A DNA stretch of 57,363 bases, from assembly GCA_038248345.1 (NCBI GenBank), contig JBBRXO010000007.1, positions 1 to 57,363 on the forward strand, read 5' to 3'. This document shows, piece after piece, positions 20,080-31,193 of this stretch. How positions within the stretch are numbered: position 1 is the first letter of the stretch; every line of letters begins with the position of its first letter. The translations under genes and the position numbers were made by a program. Below the pieces are notes generated by a model. It did not search any database. It saw only the letters and a list, made by a program, of their open reading frames with translations, and was not told where the DNA came from. Origin of the DNA: Armatimonadota bacterium. GTDB taxonomy: Bacteria > Armatimonadota > Hebobacteria > CAIYQO01.

Positions 20080-21603
20080 TTAAGGCACCGGTAAACATAC
20101 GCGGCAACGGGTGCCCCAGCTCCCCGTTTCGATATCCAGCGAACCGCCCATCTGCCCCACGCGCTCCCGCACACTGAAGAGGCCAAACCCCTCACTCCCC
20201 GCGGTACCTGCTGGCCGGGGAAAACCGTCACCATCATCCTCCACCATCAGCGCCACCATACCGCCGTCATCAAGTCCAATTACTAGCTGGGCTTGTGAAG
20301 CTTGTGCGTGCTTAACGACATTGAAGAGCAACTCGCGCGCGGTGTGGTAGAGCACTACCCGCTCTTCCTGCGCGAGTTTGGGGATAGCGCCATCGACACT
20401 GAGATTCGTCGGCAGGTGGTAGCGATCGCTGAAGTGCCGGGCCAGCCAGCGCAGCGCCGGGACTAGACCAAGCTCATGGAGAATCGGCGGGCTTAATTCG
20501 CAAGTGACGGTGCGTGAATAATCGAGCGCTTCGCTCAACAATGTTCTGGTTTCCTCAAGGTTCTGCTGTAAATCCGTATCCTTTACTCCTGCTGACGCAC
20601 AAATCTTCCCGAGTTGCATACGTGCTATGGCGAGCATCTGGCCGATCTGATCATGCAAATTCTGCGCGATGCGGCGGCGTTCGCGCTCCTCCGCCAACGT
20701 TGCGTTCAATGATAGCGCACGCAACCTGTCCGCGTATTCGCTACGGATCCGTTCTGCTTCTTTGCGCACCGAGATATCTTCCAGTAGCTGCACTACATAT
20801 TGCGGCTCGTTGTGGGGGTCGCGAATGAGCGTGGTCATCGCCTGCGTCCAGATCAGCCGATTATCCTTGGTGAGCAACCGTTTCTCCAGACTGTACCCGG
20901 TGGAGTTATTCTCCCACAGGCGTTGGAACAAACCTCGTTCCTCCTCCCAATCTTCCGGGCAAGTCACCTGCGCCAGCGTGAGCATGGACAGCTCCTCGGG
21001 GAGATTGCCAGACATCTGCACAAACGCCGGATTGCACTCCAGAAATTGGCCATATGCATCAACCAGACAGATGCCCATTGCGGCGTTAGAAACAATCGCA
21101 CGATAGCGTTCCTCCCGCTCATGCAACTGCACCTCCATATTATTCTGGTTGGTGATATCGCGGCCTACCGCCTGGTATTCTACAATCCGTCCGCAATCAT
21201 CAAATACGGCGCGATCACACCATTGCTGCCAGTGATCAGCGCCAGTGTGTGCTACCGCATGTCGCTCCGTCACTATATATGGAGCATCGGGCGTTAATTG
21301 CCGCACATGCTGGCAAAACAACTCCGGTTCCACAGCTCTATACAGGCTAAATAAGGAGATTCCCAGCAGCTTATCCGGTGCCCGTCCAAAAAAATGGCAG
21401 AAGGCATCATTAACAAAGGTTACCATGAATTCAGGCGAGTAACGGCAGACGAGATCCAGCTGATGGTTAATAATGGAGAGATATCGCGAGGCAATCGCAT
21501 ATGTTTCTTCCCCAGCCGTGATACCAACTGCTGGCAAGTTCGAAATTGGAGTAAGCGTATGAGGAAATAACGCGTGGCCGTTTTCATCGATCATTAGCAG
21601 CAT
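20080..21603 (-). CDS. Cytoplasmic PAS-PAS sensor histidine kinase (HisKA_3)
   Basis: Two PAS/PAC domains, EERERRRIAQNLHD, ELLFNVVKHA, EDDGDGF, GFGLFSVRER. Confidence 0.93.
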   Translation of the reverse strand: MLLMIDENGHALFPHTLTPISNLPAVGITAGEETYAIASRYLSIINHQLDLVCRYSPEFMVTFVNDAFCHFFGRAPDKLLGISLFSLYRAVEPELFCQHVRQLTPDAPYIVTERHAVAHTGADHWQQWCDRAVFDDCGRIVEYQAVGRDITNQNNMEVQLHEREERYRAIVSNAAMGICLVDAYGQFLECNPAFVQMSGNLPEELSMLTLAQVTCPEDWEEERGLFQRLWENNSTGYSLEKRLLTKDNRLIWTQAMTTLIRDPHNEPQYVVQLLEDISVRKEAERIRSEYADRLRALSLNATLAEERERRRIAQNLHDQIGQMLAIARMQLGKICASAGVKDTDLQQNLEETRTLLSEALDYSRTVTCELSPPILHELGLVPALRWLARHFSDRYHLPTNLSVDGAIPKLAQEERVVLYHTARELLFNVVKHAQASQAQLVIGLDDGGMVALMVEDDGDGFPRPAGTAGSEGFGLFSVRERVGQMGGSLDIETGSWGTRCRVCLPVP

Positions 21604-21789
21604 ACCTTTCTGTTAATAGTATCATACCACGCCATATCCGCACAGCCACCACCTTGAGTGACTTCCGTACTAAGTTCTTTACTACGCAAAAATCGTCGAA
21701 ATCTGTTCCAGCGCTCAGTCAATTTCTGGTATTATTGAGAGTTTGATGCTTACTCGTAACGTAGCTGCTCTCTCACGTAATCTGTGTGA

Positions 21790-23220
<1,431 letters not shown>

Positions 23221-23246
23221 CCCCGGCACAAATTGGAGCTGTAAAT

Positions 23247-23276
23247 GGCGGGCGAGACGTAACAGTCTCGCCCGTC
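23247..23276 (+). terminator. GC-rich hairpin after eno
   Basis: GGCGGGCGAGAC/GTCTCGCCCGTC stem; weak U tract. Confidence 0.45.
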
Positions 23277-23281
23277 GTTGC

Positions 23282-24973
23282 ATGTTGCCACAAAATAGCG
23301 GCTACGGTGTCGAATATAACCAGAGCATAAATTGGAAGGATACTTTACGCGTGCAGATAGAAAACAATTCCCATGAAGAAGTACCCCAGGCGCAGGTAGG
23401 GCAGCGGATTATGCGTGCCACCGGAGCATTGATGCTCATTCAGGTGGTGATGAAGCTCTTCGGTCTCATTGAAAAGATGATCCTGAGCCGTTACTTTGGC
23501 ACTTCCTTTGTAACAGATGCATACAGTCAGGCGCGGGATATCGCTTTCTACGTCTTCCAGCTGGTTGATCAGGTAGTGATGCATTCCTTCTTACCGGTAT
23601 TTGTGCAGAATATCCGCGAGAAGGGAGAGAAGGATGCTTGGCGGCTGGCCAGTACTGCGATCAATCTACTCATAATTCTCATGGCAGTGGTGGCGGTGAC
23701 GGGTGTCTTCTTCATGCCGGACATGCTGCATATCTTCGTACCGGGGTGGTTTACCGGCAAGCCAGAGCAGAATCCTGCGTTGATTCCATTAACAGTGAAA
23801 CTAGCGCGCATGATGCTGGTAGCGGTGGTATTTATGGCCACTACTTCACTTACCTATTGTCTGCTCAACTCCTACAAGAAGTTCGCGCTGCCCGCAGCGG
23901 CAGATATGGTGCTCAAAGGCACGGTGTTAATATTCGCCGTGCTCTTCGCTGGCGCCTGGGGGCCGTATGCGCTGGCGCTGGGTTTCATAATCGGGGCGGT
24001 GGGCAAGCTGGCCGTACATGCCATTGGATTGCGCACACAATTAGCCAATTACCAGCCAGTACTCGATCTGAAAAATCCTGGTTTGAAGAAATTCGGCCTG
24101 CTGGCTGCACCGTTGCTGGTCGGGGTAATCGGTTCTATCGTGCGGCAGATGTTTGATAATGGTTTCACCTCATCATTGAGTGAAGGCAGCCTGTCAGCGC
24201 TTAAATTTGCCCGGCAACTATGCGATATGCCAGTGCAGTTCTTCCCCTTTGCCTTCGGTATCGCCCTCTTCCCCTTTCTGGCGGATATTGCCGTCAGCGG
24301 GGACAAAGAACGCCTGCGCACCATGCTGATGACAGTGACGCGCATGATGATCATTATCTTTGTGCCCCTCACGGTATTACTCTGGATGCTGCGTATCCCC
24401 ATCGTAATGGCGGTATTCGGCCCGAAAGCGATGGCCACGGTGGAGCCATTGCAGATATACGCGCTAGGCATGCTCATCAATGCGTTGGAGATTGTCGTGC
24501 TGCAATTCTTCTTTGCCATGTCCGAGACGCTGTGGCCCACCATCATCGGGTTGGTGATCATCCCCTTCCACATATTGCTCTCTGCCACCGGCGTCTACCA
24601 GTGGCACCTGGCCACGGTGGGTATCGCACTTGCATTGTTGATATCTAAAGGGACGAAGGTTGTCATCCTGTATGCCATGATCCGCAAGAGGTTGGGATCA
24701 TTAGAAGTTAAAAAGACCTTATGGACACTTGCAAAAGTCGTGGTTGCTTTGCTACCATTGCTGGTAATTCTAGGGTTGGCATTGTATGTACTGCCCAATC
24801 CGACCCATGTAAAAGAGAAGCTATCAATGATCAAAGCCATGTCGAAATTCGGTCTCGCGGGCGTCCTCGGTATGGCCTTCTACTTCATCGCGCTCTACTA
24901 CTCCGGGGTGGAGGAGATGTCACTGCTGGTTGCCAAGGTACGGGGAAAATTACGGCGGAATAAGGATAACTAA
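23282..24973 (+). CDS. murJ: Lipid II flippase MurJ/MviN
   Basis: Multi-TM MOP-family pattern (YFGTS..TDAY, SFLPVF, L.FA..L..MP, IALFP.L). Start uncertain, possibly GTG 23351. Confidence 0.85.
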   Translation: MLPQNSGYGVEYNQSINWKDTLRVQIENNSHEEVPQAQVGQRIMRATGALMLIQVVMKLFGLIEKMILSRYFGTSFVTDAYSQARDIAFYVFQLVDQVVMHSFLPVFVQNIREKGEKDAWRLASTAINLLIILMAVVAVTGVFFMPDMLHIFVPGWFTGKPEQNPALIPLTVKLARMMLVAVVFMATTSLTYCLLNSYKKFALPAAADMVLKGTVLIFAVLFAGAWGPYALALGFIIGAVGKLAVHAIGLRTQLANYQPVLDLKNPGLKKFGLLAAPLLVGVIGSIVRQMFDNGFTSSLSEGSLSALKFARQLCDMPVQFFPFAFGIALFPFLADIAVSGDKERLRTMLMTVTRMMIIIFVPLTVLLWMLRIPIVMAVFGPKAMATVEPLQIYALGMLINALEIVVLQFFFAMSETLWPTIIGLVIIPFHILLSATGVYQWHLATVGIALALLISKGTKVVILYAMIRKRLGSLEVKKTLWTLAKVVVALLPLLVILGLALYVLPNPTHVKEKLSMIKAMSKFGLAGVLGMAFYFIALYYSGVEEMSLLVAKVRGKLRRNKDN

Positions 24974-26377
24974 ATGCTAGATGTACAAAACAAACGCATA
25001 CATATAATCGGCCTGGGGGCCAAAGGCACGGGGCGCGCGTGCGCGCAGGTGCTGGGCGGGCTGTGGGCACAGATTACTATCTCCGACACTAAGTCGCCGA
25101 CGGTGCTGGCGGAGGAGATCGCGTCGCTCAACGGTCTCCCGGTGCAAATCCAATTAGGCGCGGAAGCCTACCTGGATATTGAGCGCGCCGACATGGTAGT
25201 GCCCAGTCCGGGTGTGCCGTTGACCATCGACGCTATTGTGCGCGCGAAACAGGCGGGGGTACCGGTCTATAGCGAGATTGAGCTGGCCTACCGGCTGGCC
25301 AAGGCTCCGCTGGTGGCCATCACAGGCACCAAGGGCAAAACCACTACCACTACGATCATCGGCCTGCTTTTGGCTGCGCTAGGTAAGCGCACATACGTGG
25401 GCGGCAACATCGGCGTCCCGCTCATTGAATTGGCCATGAAGGCGACGGCGGAGGATATGCTGGTCGCCGAGGTGAGCAGCTTTCAACTGGAAGCGGTAGA
25501 GCAATTTCACCCGCATGTGGCGGTCTTCACTAACCTCTATCCCGATCACCTGGATCGATATAATGACTCGATGGATGAGTATATGGCGGCGAAGCTGAAT
25601 ATCTTCGCGCGGCAGACGGCAGATGATTTCGCCATTGTCAATGTCGACCGTCCCGAACATGAGCGCGTCATCGCCGCTACCCAGGCGCGGATTATCCCGG
25701 TGAGCATGGAGCGTGCCGTCCCCGGCGGTGTTTACCTGCGCGCAGGTGAGATTATCTCGGAGATCGGTGGCGCACCGCATATATTGCTGCAGGTCGCGGC
25801 CATTCGGCTGCGTGGCGCGCACAATGTGGGCAATATTATGCAGGCGCTAGCGGCGGTAGAGGTACTAGGACTGCCGGTGGCGGACGTCGCTGCCGTCACC
25901 CTAACTAATTTCCGCGGCGTGCCCAATCGACTGGAAGAGGTGGCGACGGTGAATAGCGTGGCCTTCTACAACGATTCGCAAGGCACCACCCCGATGGCAG
26001 TGCACATGGCGCTGCAGGCCTTCGCCGCCACCCCGCCAGTGTTGATCGCGGGTGGGCGTGCCAAGATCAAGGACTTTCGTGAGTTAGGCGCCGATATCGC
26101 CGCCGGAACCCATGCGGTAATCCTCATCGGCTAGGCCGCCGCTGATATCGCCGCCGCCATCCACCTGGCCGCCCCCACATTCCCCATACACTATGCAGAT
26201 TCGTTGCCCGCAGCGGTGCAGCAAGCCTATCAGTTAGGGCTCCCCGCCGGGGTAGTGCTCCTCTCCCCCGGCTGCGCCAGCTTTGACATGTTCAAAAACA
26301 TGGAGCATCGCGGCGAAGTCTTCCGGTCCGCGGTGGGGGAGATAGGGGACGGAAGCACCGAGGCGGCAGGATCGTAG
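24974..26377 (+). CDS. murD: UDP-MurNAc-L-Ala:D-Glu ligase MurD, interrupted by an in-frame TAG at 26132-26134
   Basis: SPGVP, AITGTKGKTTTT, GGNIG, EVSSFQLE, DHLDRY, NDS.GT. After the TAG the same frame continues AAADIA...VLLSPGCASFDMFKNMEHRGEVF to a stop at 26377. Confidence 0.93.
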
Positions 26378-26670
26378 CATGGGCGTCCCGCCTGCGTTCC
26401 CAATGGTTGTATCACCGCGCCCGCCGTGGCGCGCATGGTGTAAGCAAATACGCGCCACGGCGGGCGCGGGCTACAGAATTACAAATACGCTGGGATTGAA
26501 ATCCCGGCTGCAGAGCGCTATGGCTCCAACCCAATTGTAGGGGGCACAAGGCTTGTGCCCACGCCGTAACCATACCTTCAATTGGTCATATATCCGATAC
26601 CCCGTATTGAGGGCACATGCCATGTGCCCCTACAAAAATCTATTCAGCGGCTTGTGGGCGAAACCCCCAT
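26372..26670. repeat. Cluster of stacked REP/REPIN-like elements (families C, E, A, B)
   Basis: GTAGCATGGGCGTCCCG (C); CCGCGCCCGCCGTGGCGCG..CGCGCCACGGCGGGCGCGGG (E); GGGATTGAAATCCC (A); family B at 26531-26636. Confidence 0.85.
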
Positions 26671-26671
26671 G

Positions 26672-27778
26672 CTACGGGCAAGGCATGGTAATAGCTGCCC
26701 CGGAACATCGATAGATAATCAGTGGCGCTTTGGTTGCCGTGTAGTGGATTTCCGCGACACCGTGGGGGATGAAGAACACTTCGCCGCGCTTTACGGCAAC
26801 CGATTGTTCACCATAACAGAGCGTCCCCGCTCCTGCTGTTACGATCTCAATGTGGTAGGGGGTAGCGCAAGGGATAGTCAGCGTGGTTGCCACGGTGAGC
26901 AGTTCCACGCTGAAGCAATCAGTCGCCATCGGGCCGACTATCGTTTCGACGCGGCCCCCATCTGTTGCCAGACTGCAGTTGGGTTGCAGCAGCGTGCGTG
27001 CCAGCACTTGCTCTTCCGTCTCTCCGGTGTAGTCAAAGCAATCTAGCGCCACTGTCGGCGTGATCGGGCCCCACATATCATTTGGACTCAGGGCGAAACC
27101 GGCACAGTATGCCTCGGGTTGCACCACCCAATCCGATGGCTCCTGCACCTCCAGCATGAAGACGCCGGGGCCGATGGCATGGGGGAAACGACCGGGTATT
27201 ATATAAGCGTCCCCGGCGCGGGCAGGGATGCTATGCAGCATCCCAACTAACGCCGGGATATCCTGTGCTTCTACTGCTGCGGCGAAATCCTCCGGGCGGA
27301 TTCCCGGGCGAAAACCCATCAATAAGTGCGGCGTCTCGCCATTTATCTCCCGGGTGCCGAGGATAATCCAGCATTCTGTCTTACCATGCTCACTATGATA
27401 ATGCTCGTGGGCGAAGGCTCGATCGGGATGGCATTGAATGGGCAGCCGGACGGCGGAGTCGAGATACTTACACAGCACATCGAGAGCGGGCGCACCTTCA
27501 CGGCCGAGATAGGTCTCCGGCGCGCTGGCGATCAGCTCGTAAAGAAACGGGCCGGGCGTACCATCATCCAATTGCGTGCGCGCCAACCCCTCGGTGGCGC
27601 TTTGCGTGTTGGGGCCATTCAACGCCTGGACAGTCGAAGCCAGCCAGTCTTCCGGCAGGTGGGTATCCTGCGGGTCAGCGTTGCCGACAAAGGCATCCAG
27701 CATCGCCCCGCCAGTATAGCAACGCCAGACGCGGCAGGGCATCATCCGAATAATAGAATCCGCGGTAAATTTATGCAT
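26672..27778 (-). CDS. Type I phosphomannose-isomerase-like cupin
   Basis: PEDW, LCKYLDSAVRLPIQCHPD, GKTECW, PGRFPHAIG..EVQEPSD. Confidence 0.88.
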   Translation of the reverse strand: MHKFTADSIIRMMPCRVWRCYTGGAMLDAFVGNADPQDTHLPEDWLASTVQALNGPNTQSATEGLARTQLDDGTPGPFLYELIASAPETYLGREGAPALDVLCKYLDSAVRLPIQCHPDRAFAHEHYHSEHGKTECWIILGTREINGETPHLLMGFRPGIRPEDFAAAVEAQDIPALVGMLHSIPARAGDAYIIPGRFPHAIGPGVFMLEVQEPSDWVVQPEAYCAGFALSPNDMWGPITPTVALDCFDYTGETEEQVLARTLLQPNCSLATDGGRVETIVGPMATDCFSVELLTVATTLTIPCATPYHIEIVTAGAGTLCYGEQSVAVKRGEVFFIPHGVAEIHYTATKAPLIIYRCSGAAITMPCP

Positions 27779-27784
27779 AATAGT

Positions 27785-28681
27785 TCAATCTTTCTCCTGT
27801 ATCCGTAAACCGTAGCTCGCCAAGATAAGAGCGACTTCGTATATTTGTTCGTCGGTGGGTTCTGTTGCCGGTGCCTGCATCGGCTGGCCGATGGCGCGCC
27901 ACTTCACTTCTCCGCGTCGGTGGAAGGGAAGCAATTGCACATGGAGTGGGCCAATTGCAGCCAACGCCGCGCCAATCCGGGTGAGCGTGGCCGTATCTGC
28001 ATTATAGCCGGGCACCAGTGGAATCCGTACTATCATATCTCCACCCTGTGCATAGCGTGCGCTGATATTCGCCAGGACAATTGCGGTCAGCGTTGCCGTC
28101 AGCCCGGCGGCGGCTAACGAATCAGGGTGTTTGAGATCGATATAAAGCAAATTCAGCTGTGCGAACAATTCCAGCAATCGCGGGTTGGTGCCGTTAGTTT
28201 CCAGAGCGGTATGGAAGCCGGCGTCATGCAACTGCGCAAGTAAGTCGGCAACCGCCTCGAACTGACAACATGCTTCGCCGCCGCTGATGGTAACCCCACC
28301 TGCGATCAGGAAAGCCCGATACTTCTCGGCGTAGTCTACCAGCGCCGCTACGGTTCGTACTTCACCGATGCGTTCAAAGGCGATGTTCCCGCTGGTAGTG
28401 CAGGCAAAGGTGGGGCAAGTTGCACAGCTGCTGATATCGCGCGTAACGCTATCCGCTGCGGTGGTGATCGTCCCATATGGGCAACATCCTACGAGGAGAG
28501 AACTATGGGCGACCCGCTCGGGGTAGAAGGCGACCTCCGTGCCGGGCGAAATTGATTCCGGCGTCGCGCACCACGGACAGTGCAGGTTACACCCCTTGGT
28601 GTAGATCACCAGCCGCTGCCCGGGCCCGTCAACGTCATGCGAAAACCCGCAATCTATGATATTCAGCGAGGTGCTATCCAT
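27785..28681 (-). CDS. Glycyl-radical enzyme activating enzyme (radical SAM)
   Basis: DGPGQRLVIYTKGCNLHCPWC.PE, Cys-rich insert, GGVTISGGE, ETNG, RIPLVPGYN, LLPFH. Confidence 0.93.
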   Translation of the reverse strand: MDSTSLNIIDCGFSHDVDGPGQRLVIYTKGCNLHCPWCATPESISPGTEVAFYPERVAHSSLLVGCCPYGTITTAADSVTRDISSCATCPTFACTTSGNIAFERIGEVRTVAALVDYAEKYRAFLIAGGVTISGGEACCQFEAVADLLAQLHDAGFHTALETNGTNPRLLELFAQLNLLYIDLKHPDSLAAAGLTATLTAIVLANISARYAQGGDMIVRIPLVPGYNADTATLTRIGAALAAIGPLHVQLLPFHRRGEVKWRAIGQPMQAPATEPTDEQIYEVALILASYGLRIQEKD

Positions 28682-28683
28682 AC

Positions 28684-31113
28684 TTATTGCACCTTACAAG
28701 TGAAGTTTGTCGATCGTTGATCCAACCGCATGATGATATCTTCCTGAATGGCCGGAGAGAGGTCAAGGAAGTTCACAAAGGTACCGTGAATACGCATGAT
28801 GTATATCCCGCTGGGGGCCATCTCGGTCGGGTTCGCCAATATCGCACGCAAATGATCGGCGGAGTCGATATTGAAGTAGACGTAATAACCGCCCACCGCT
28901 CCGCGCGCGCCATAACCGAAGAGCGGCGAAATTACATAATCGCGCAGCGCGATAATAAAGGTGCGAGTGATGCAATTGCTGATCATCTGCGGGTGCAACC
29001 CGATATGGCTGGCATAGCCGCCGAGAAACAGGTCATAGGGCAGCTTGTGCATACTCTGAATCCGCGGCGGCAACCCCTTTGTCGCCATTCCGGCAGTTGG
29101 GTCGATGCCATATCCGAGCATCTGCCGCGCCATCCGCCCATCGGGGGTGGCGCCAACCCAATAGCCATAGAGTAGATGCGTACTGGGTGTGCTCCAATCC
29201 GCTAAGAATTGATTTCCCCAGGGATTTCGCAAATTGGAGATGCGCAATGATACATCGCGCGCGATTTCCACGGCCAGCGAATCCGGGAGGTCGAGATCAT
29301 TGCCATATTTAGGCGCGGCTATACAGCGGGCCTTCAGTGCCTCATCTCCAGCGAAATTCGCCTGCAACGCAGCAACCAGGTTCGGCAAAACCGCTGGCGC
29401 TTGCTGTGCCAGTGTTTCAATAGCGGCAAAGCTGTCCGCTACCACGCTCAGTCCGTGGATCAGGCAGCCGGACGCGTTATACTTCGTACCCTGCGCAGTG
29501 ATATTGCGCATATCATAGCCCGTAACTAGCCCGCCCATGAAGCAAGAGACGAAGGGAACCGGCAGGGTGGCTAGCGCCCGCGTACAGGCATTGGCCACCG
29601 CCTCCATCATGGGCAAAAAGTGATCAAGCTGTTGCCAGAATGCCGCCTTCACGGACTGCATATTTTGTAGTGGATTCGCCGGGTTGAGACCTAGCGCAGA
29701 ATACCTGAGGCCGATTTGCGTCCCGGTGATGGCGCTCTTACCGTCGTGCAAAGTCAACTCCAGCACCTTGGCGAGATTGAGCCAGCTATTAGTGGTATTA
29801 CCGGATTCCTTCCCCATAATTAGCGGTTCCTGGCAACCTGCAATGGCGTAATCTGGCAGATCAGCTTCGGCGATTTCCTTTTTGCGCAGGTTATCAAAGA
29901 GGATATCATCATTGAACAGGCTGGGCGTCACACTTCCCGGGGTGGTGAAGAACGGTTCCATCGCGGCATAGACTGCCTCCGGCGTCCCCGCGTGTAATTT
30001 GACGGACAAGGCCGGCTGCGGGTAGTTACTCCGGTAAAACGCCTCCAGCACGATGGTCGTCATCGCGCAGGTAAGGTCATTCCCCATTTCATCGCGGCCC
30101 CCGACCATAATATCCTGGCTTATCGCCCAGTTACGGTCGCCCACATTGTACAGCGCCAGCAGGTGACGGGTCAGCTCAATCGCAACTTCGCATTCCACGT
30201 CAAGGTTCGCGTAGTACGGTTGCAGAATGCGGTCAAGGTTGCCCACACTGAAGGCGTAGGGATTGGGCGATTGTTCAACCGTCATGGCCATCCAGAGCAA
30301 GATGAAGCCCTGCATGGCCTCGTACAGGTTCGCCGCTCCGTTACGCGGCACGCGTGCGCAGGTGGCCGCCAGCAACTCCAGCTCATCTCGTCGCACGGCA
30401 TCATTCTCCTGTGCCGCCATCTCGGTTGCCAGCGTGGCGTAGCGCTCGGCTAAAATAAGGACGCAGGAGAGGCTGATCTCCGCCGCCTGGTAGAACTCGC
30501 GCTGTTCACCGCTGCTGGTTGCGGCACGCTGGTGGGCCTGCTTGATCAGTGGCATCACGCCATGGGCGAGCGCCGGGCGAAAGTCAGGGATGATATGCCC
30601 AGTCACCTGTTCAGTAAAATATACGACCTCTGCCAGCTCTGGCCCGGCGGTTGCGTACGCTTCTTGCAGAGCGATAGCATAGCTCTGCCCCGCCCAGAAA
30701 TCACGCACCCGCTGAATCCGTTCCGCGGTGAATCCCAGCTCCGGTGCCGGGGTGATGTCGCCATACACACCCATGGGATCGCAATACCCGGCGAAGGTTT
30801 CCACGCGGAACTCCGGGTTTATCAGGGCATAGGTACGCGCAAATGCGTCATCCTGAGTGCCAGCGAAGATCTCATCGGGGCGGATAGTCAACGGCATTTG
30901 CTGGCATACAGTCTGCAACAGCTTCGCCTGCAATAATACTGGTGGTAACCCCGGCTGCTCATGGCGGAGCTTTTTCAGCTCCGCCATACGAATCTCCTGA
31001 ATGTAAAACCAGCCGTCAAGGCGCGTGGTGTGCTGGTTCTGCGCTTGAACCGACAACAATTGCCGGGCTAGCCGTATTGGGTCGAAAGTTATGTTCGATT
31101 CAGTTGCTATCAT
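28684..31113 (-). CDS. Glycyl-radical enzyme (PFL superfamily), uncharacterised subgroup
   Basis: 809 aa; G.LD.IL.PYY, GCQEP Cys loop, APKYGND, GATPDGR, C-terminal RIHGT Gly loop and QEDII.R; next to its activase. Confidence 0.9.
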   Translation of the reverse strand: MIATESNITFDPIRLARQLLSVQAQNQHTTRLDGWFYIQEIRMAELKKLRHEQPGLPPVLLQAKLLQTVCQQMPLTIRPDEIFAGTQDDAFARTYALINPEFRVETFAGYCDPMGVYGDITPAPELGFTAERIQRVRDFWAGQSYAIALQEAYATAGPELAEVVYFTEQVTGHIIPDFRPALAHGVMPLIKQAHQRAATSSGEQREFYQAAEISLSCVLILAERYATLATEMAAQENDAVRRDELELLAATCARVPRNGAANLYEAMQGFILLWMAMTVEQSPNPYAFSVGNLDRILQPYYANLDVECEVAIELTRHLLALYNVGDRNWAISQDIMVGGRDEMGNDLTCAMTTIVLEAFYRSNYPQPALSVKLHAGTPEAVYAAMEPFFTTPGSVTPSLFNDDILFDNLRKKEIAEADLPDYAIAGCQEPLIMGKESGNTTNSWLNLAKVLELTLHDGKSAITGTQIGLRYSALGLNPANPLQNMQSVKAAFWQQLDHFLPMMEAVANACTRALATLPVPFVSCFMGGLVTGYDMRNITAQGTKYNASGCLIHGLSVVADSFAAIETLAQQAPAVLPNLVAALQANFAGDEALKARCIAAPKYGNDLDLPDSLAVEIARDVSLRISNLRNPWGNQFLADWSTPSTHLLYGYWVGATPDGRMARQMLGYGIDPTAGMATKGLPPRIQSMHKLPYDLFLGGYASHIGLHPQMISNCITRTFIIALRDYVISPLFGYGARGAVGGYYVYFNIDSADHLRAILANPTEMAPSGIYIMRIHGTFVNFLDLSPAIQEDIIMRLDQRSTNFTCKVQ

Positions 31114-31193
31114 GATGCTACTCCTTCGATAATAATTTCAAGTTCCAAATTCCTAGTTCAAAGGCTGATTTAGCGTGTTCGTACCCGTTAGCC

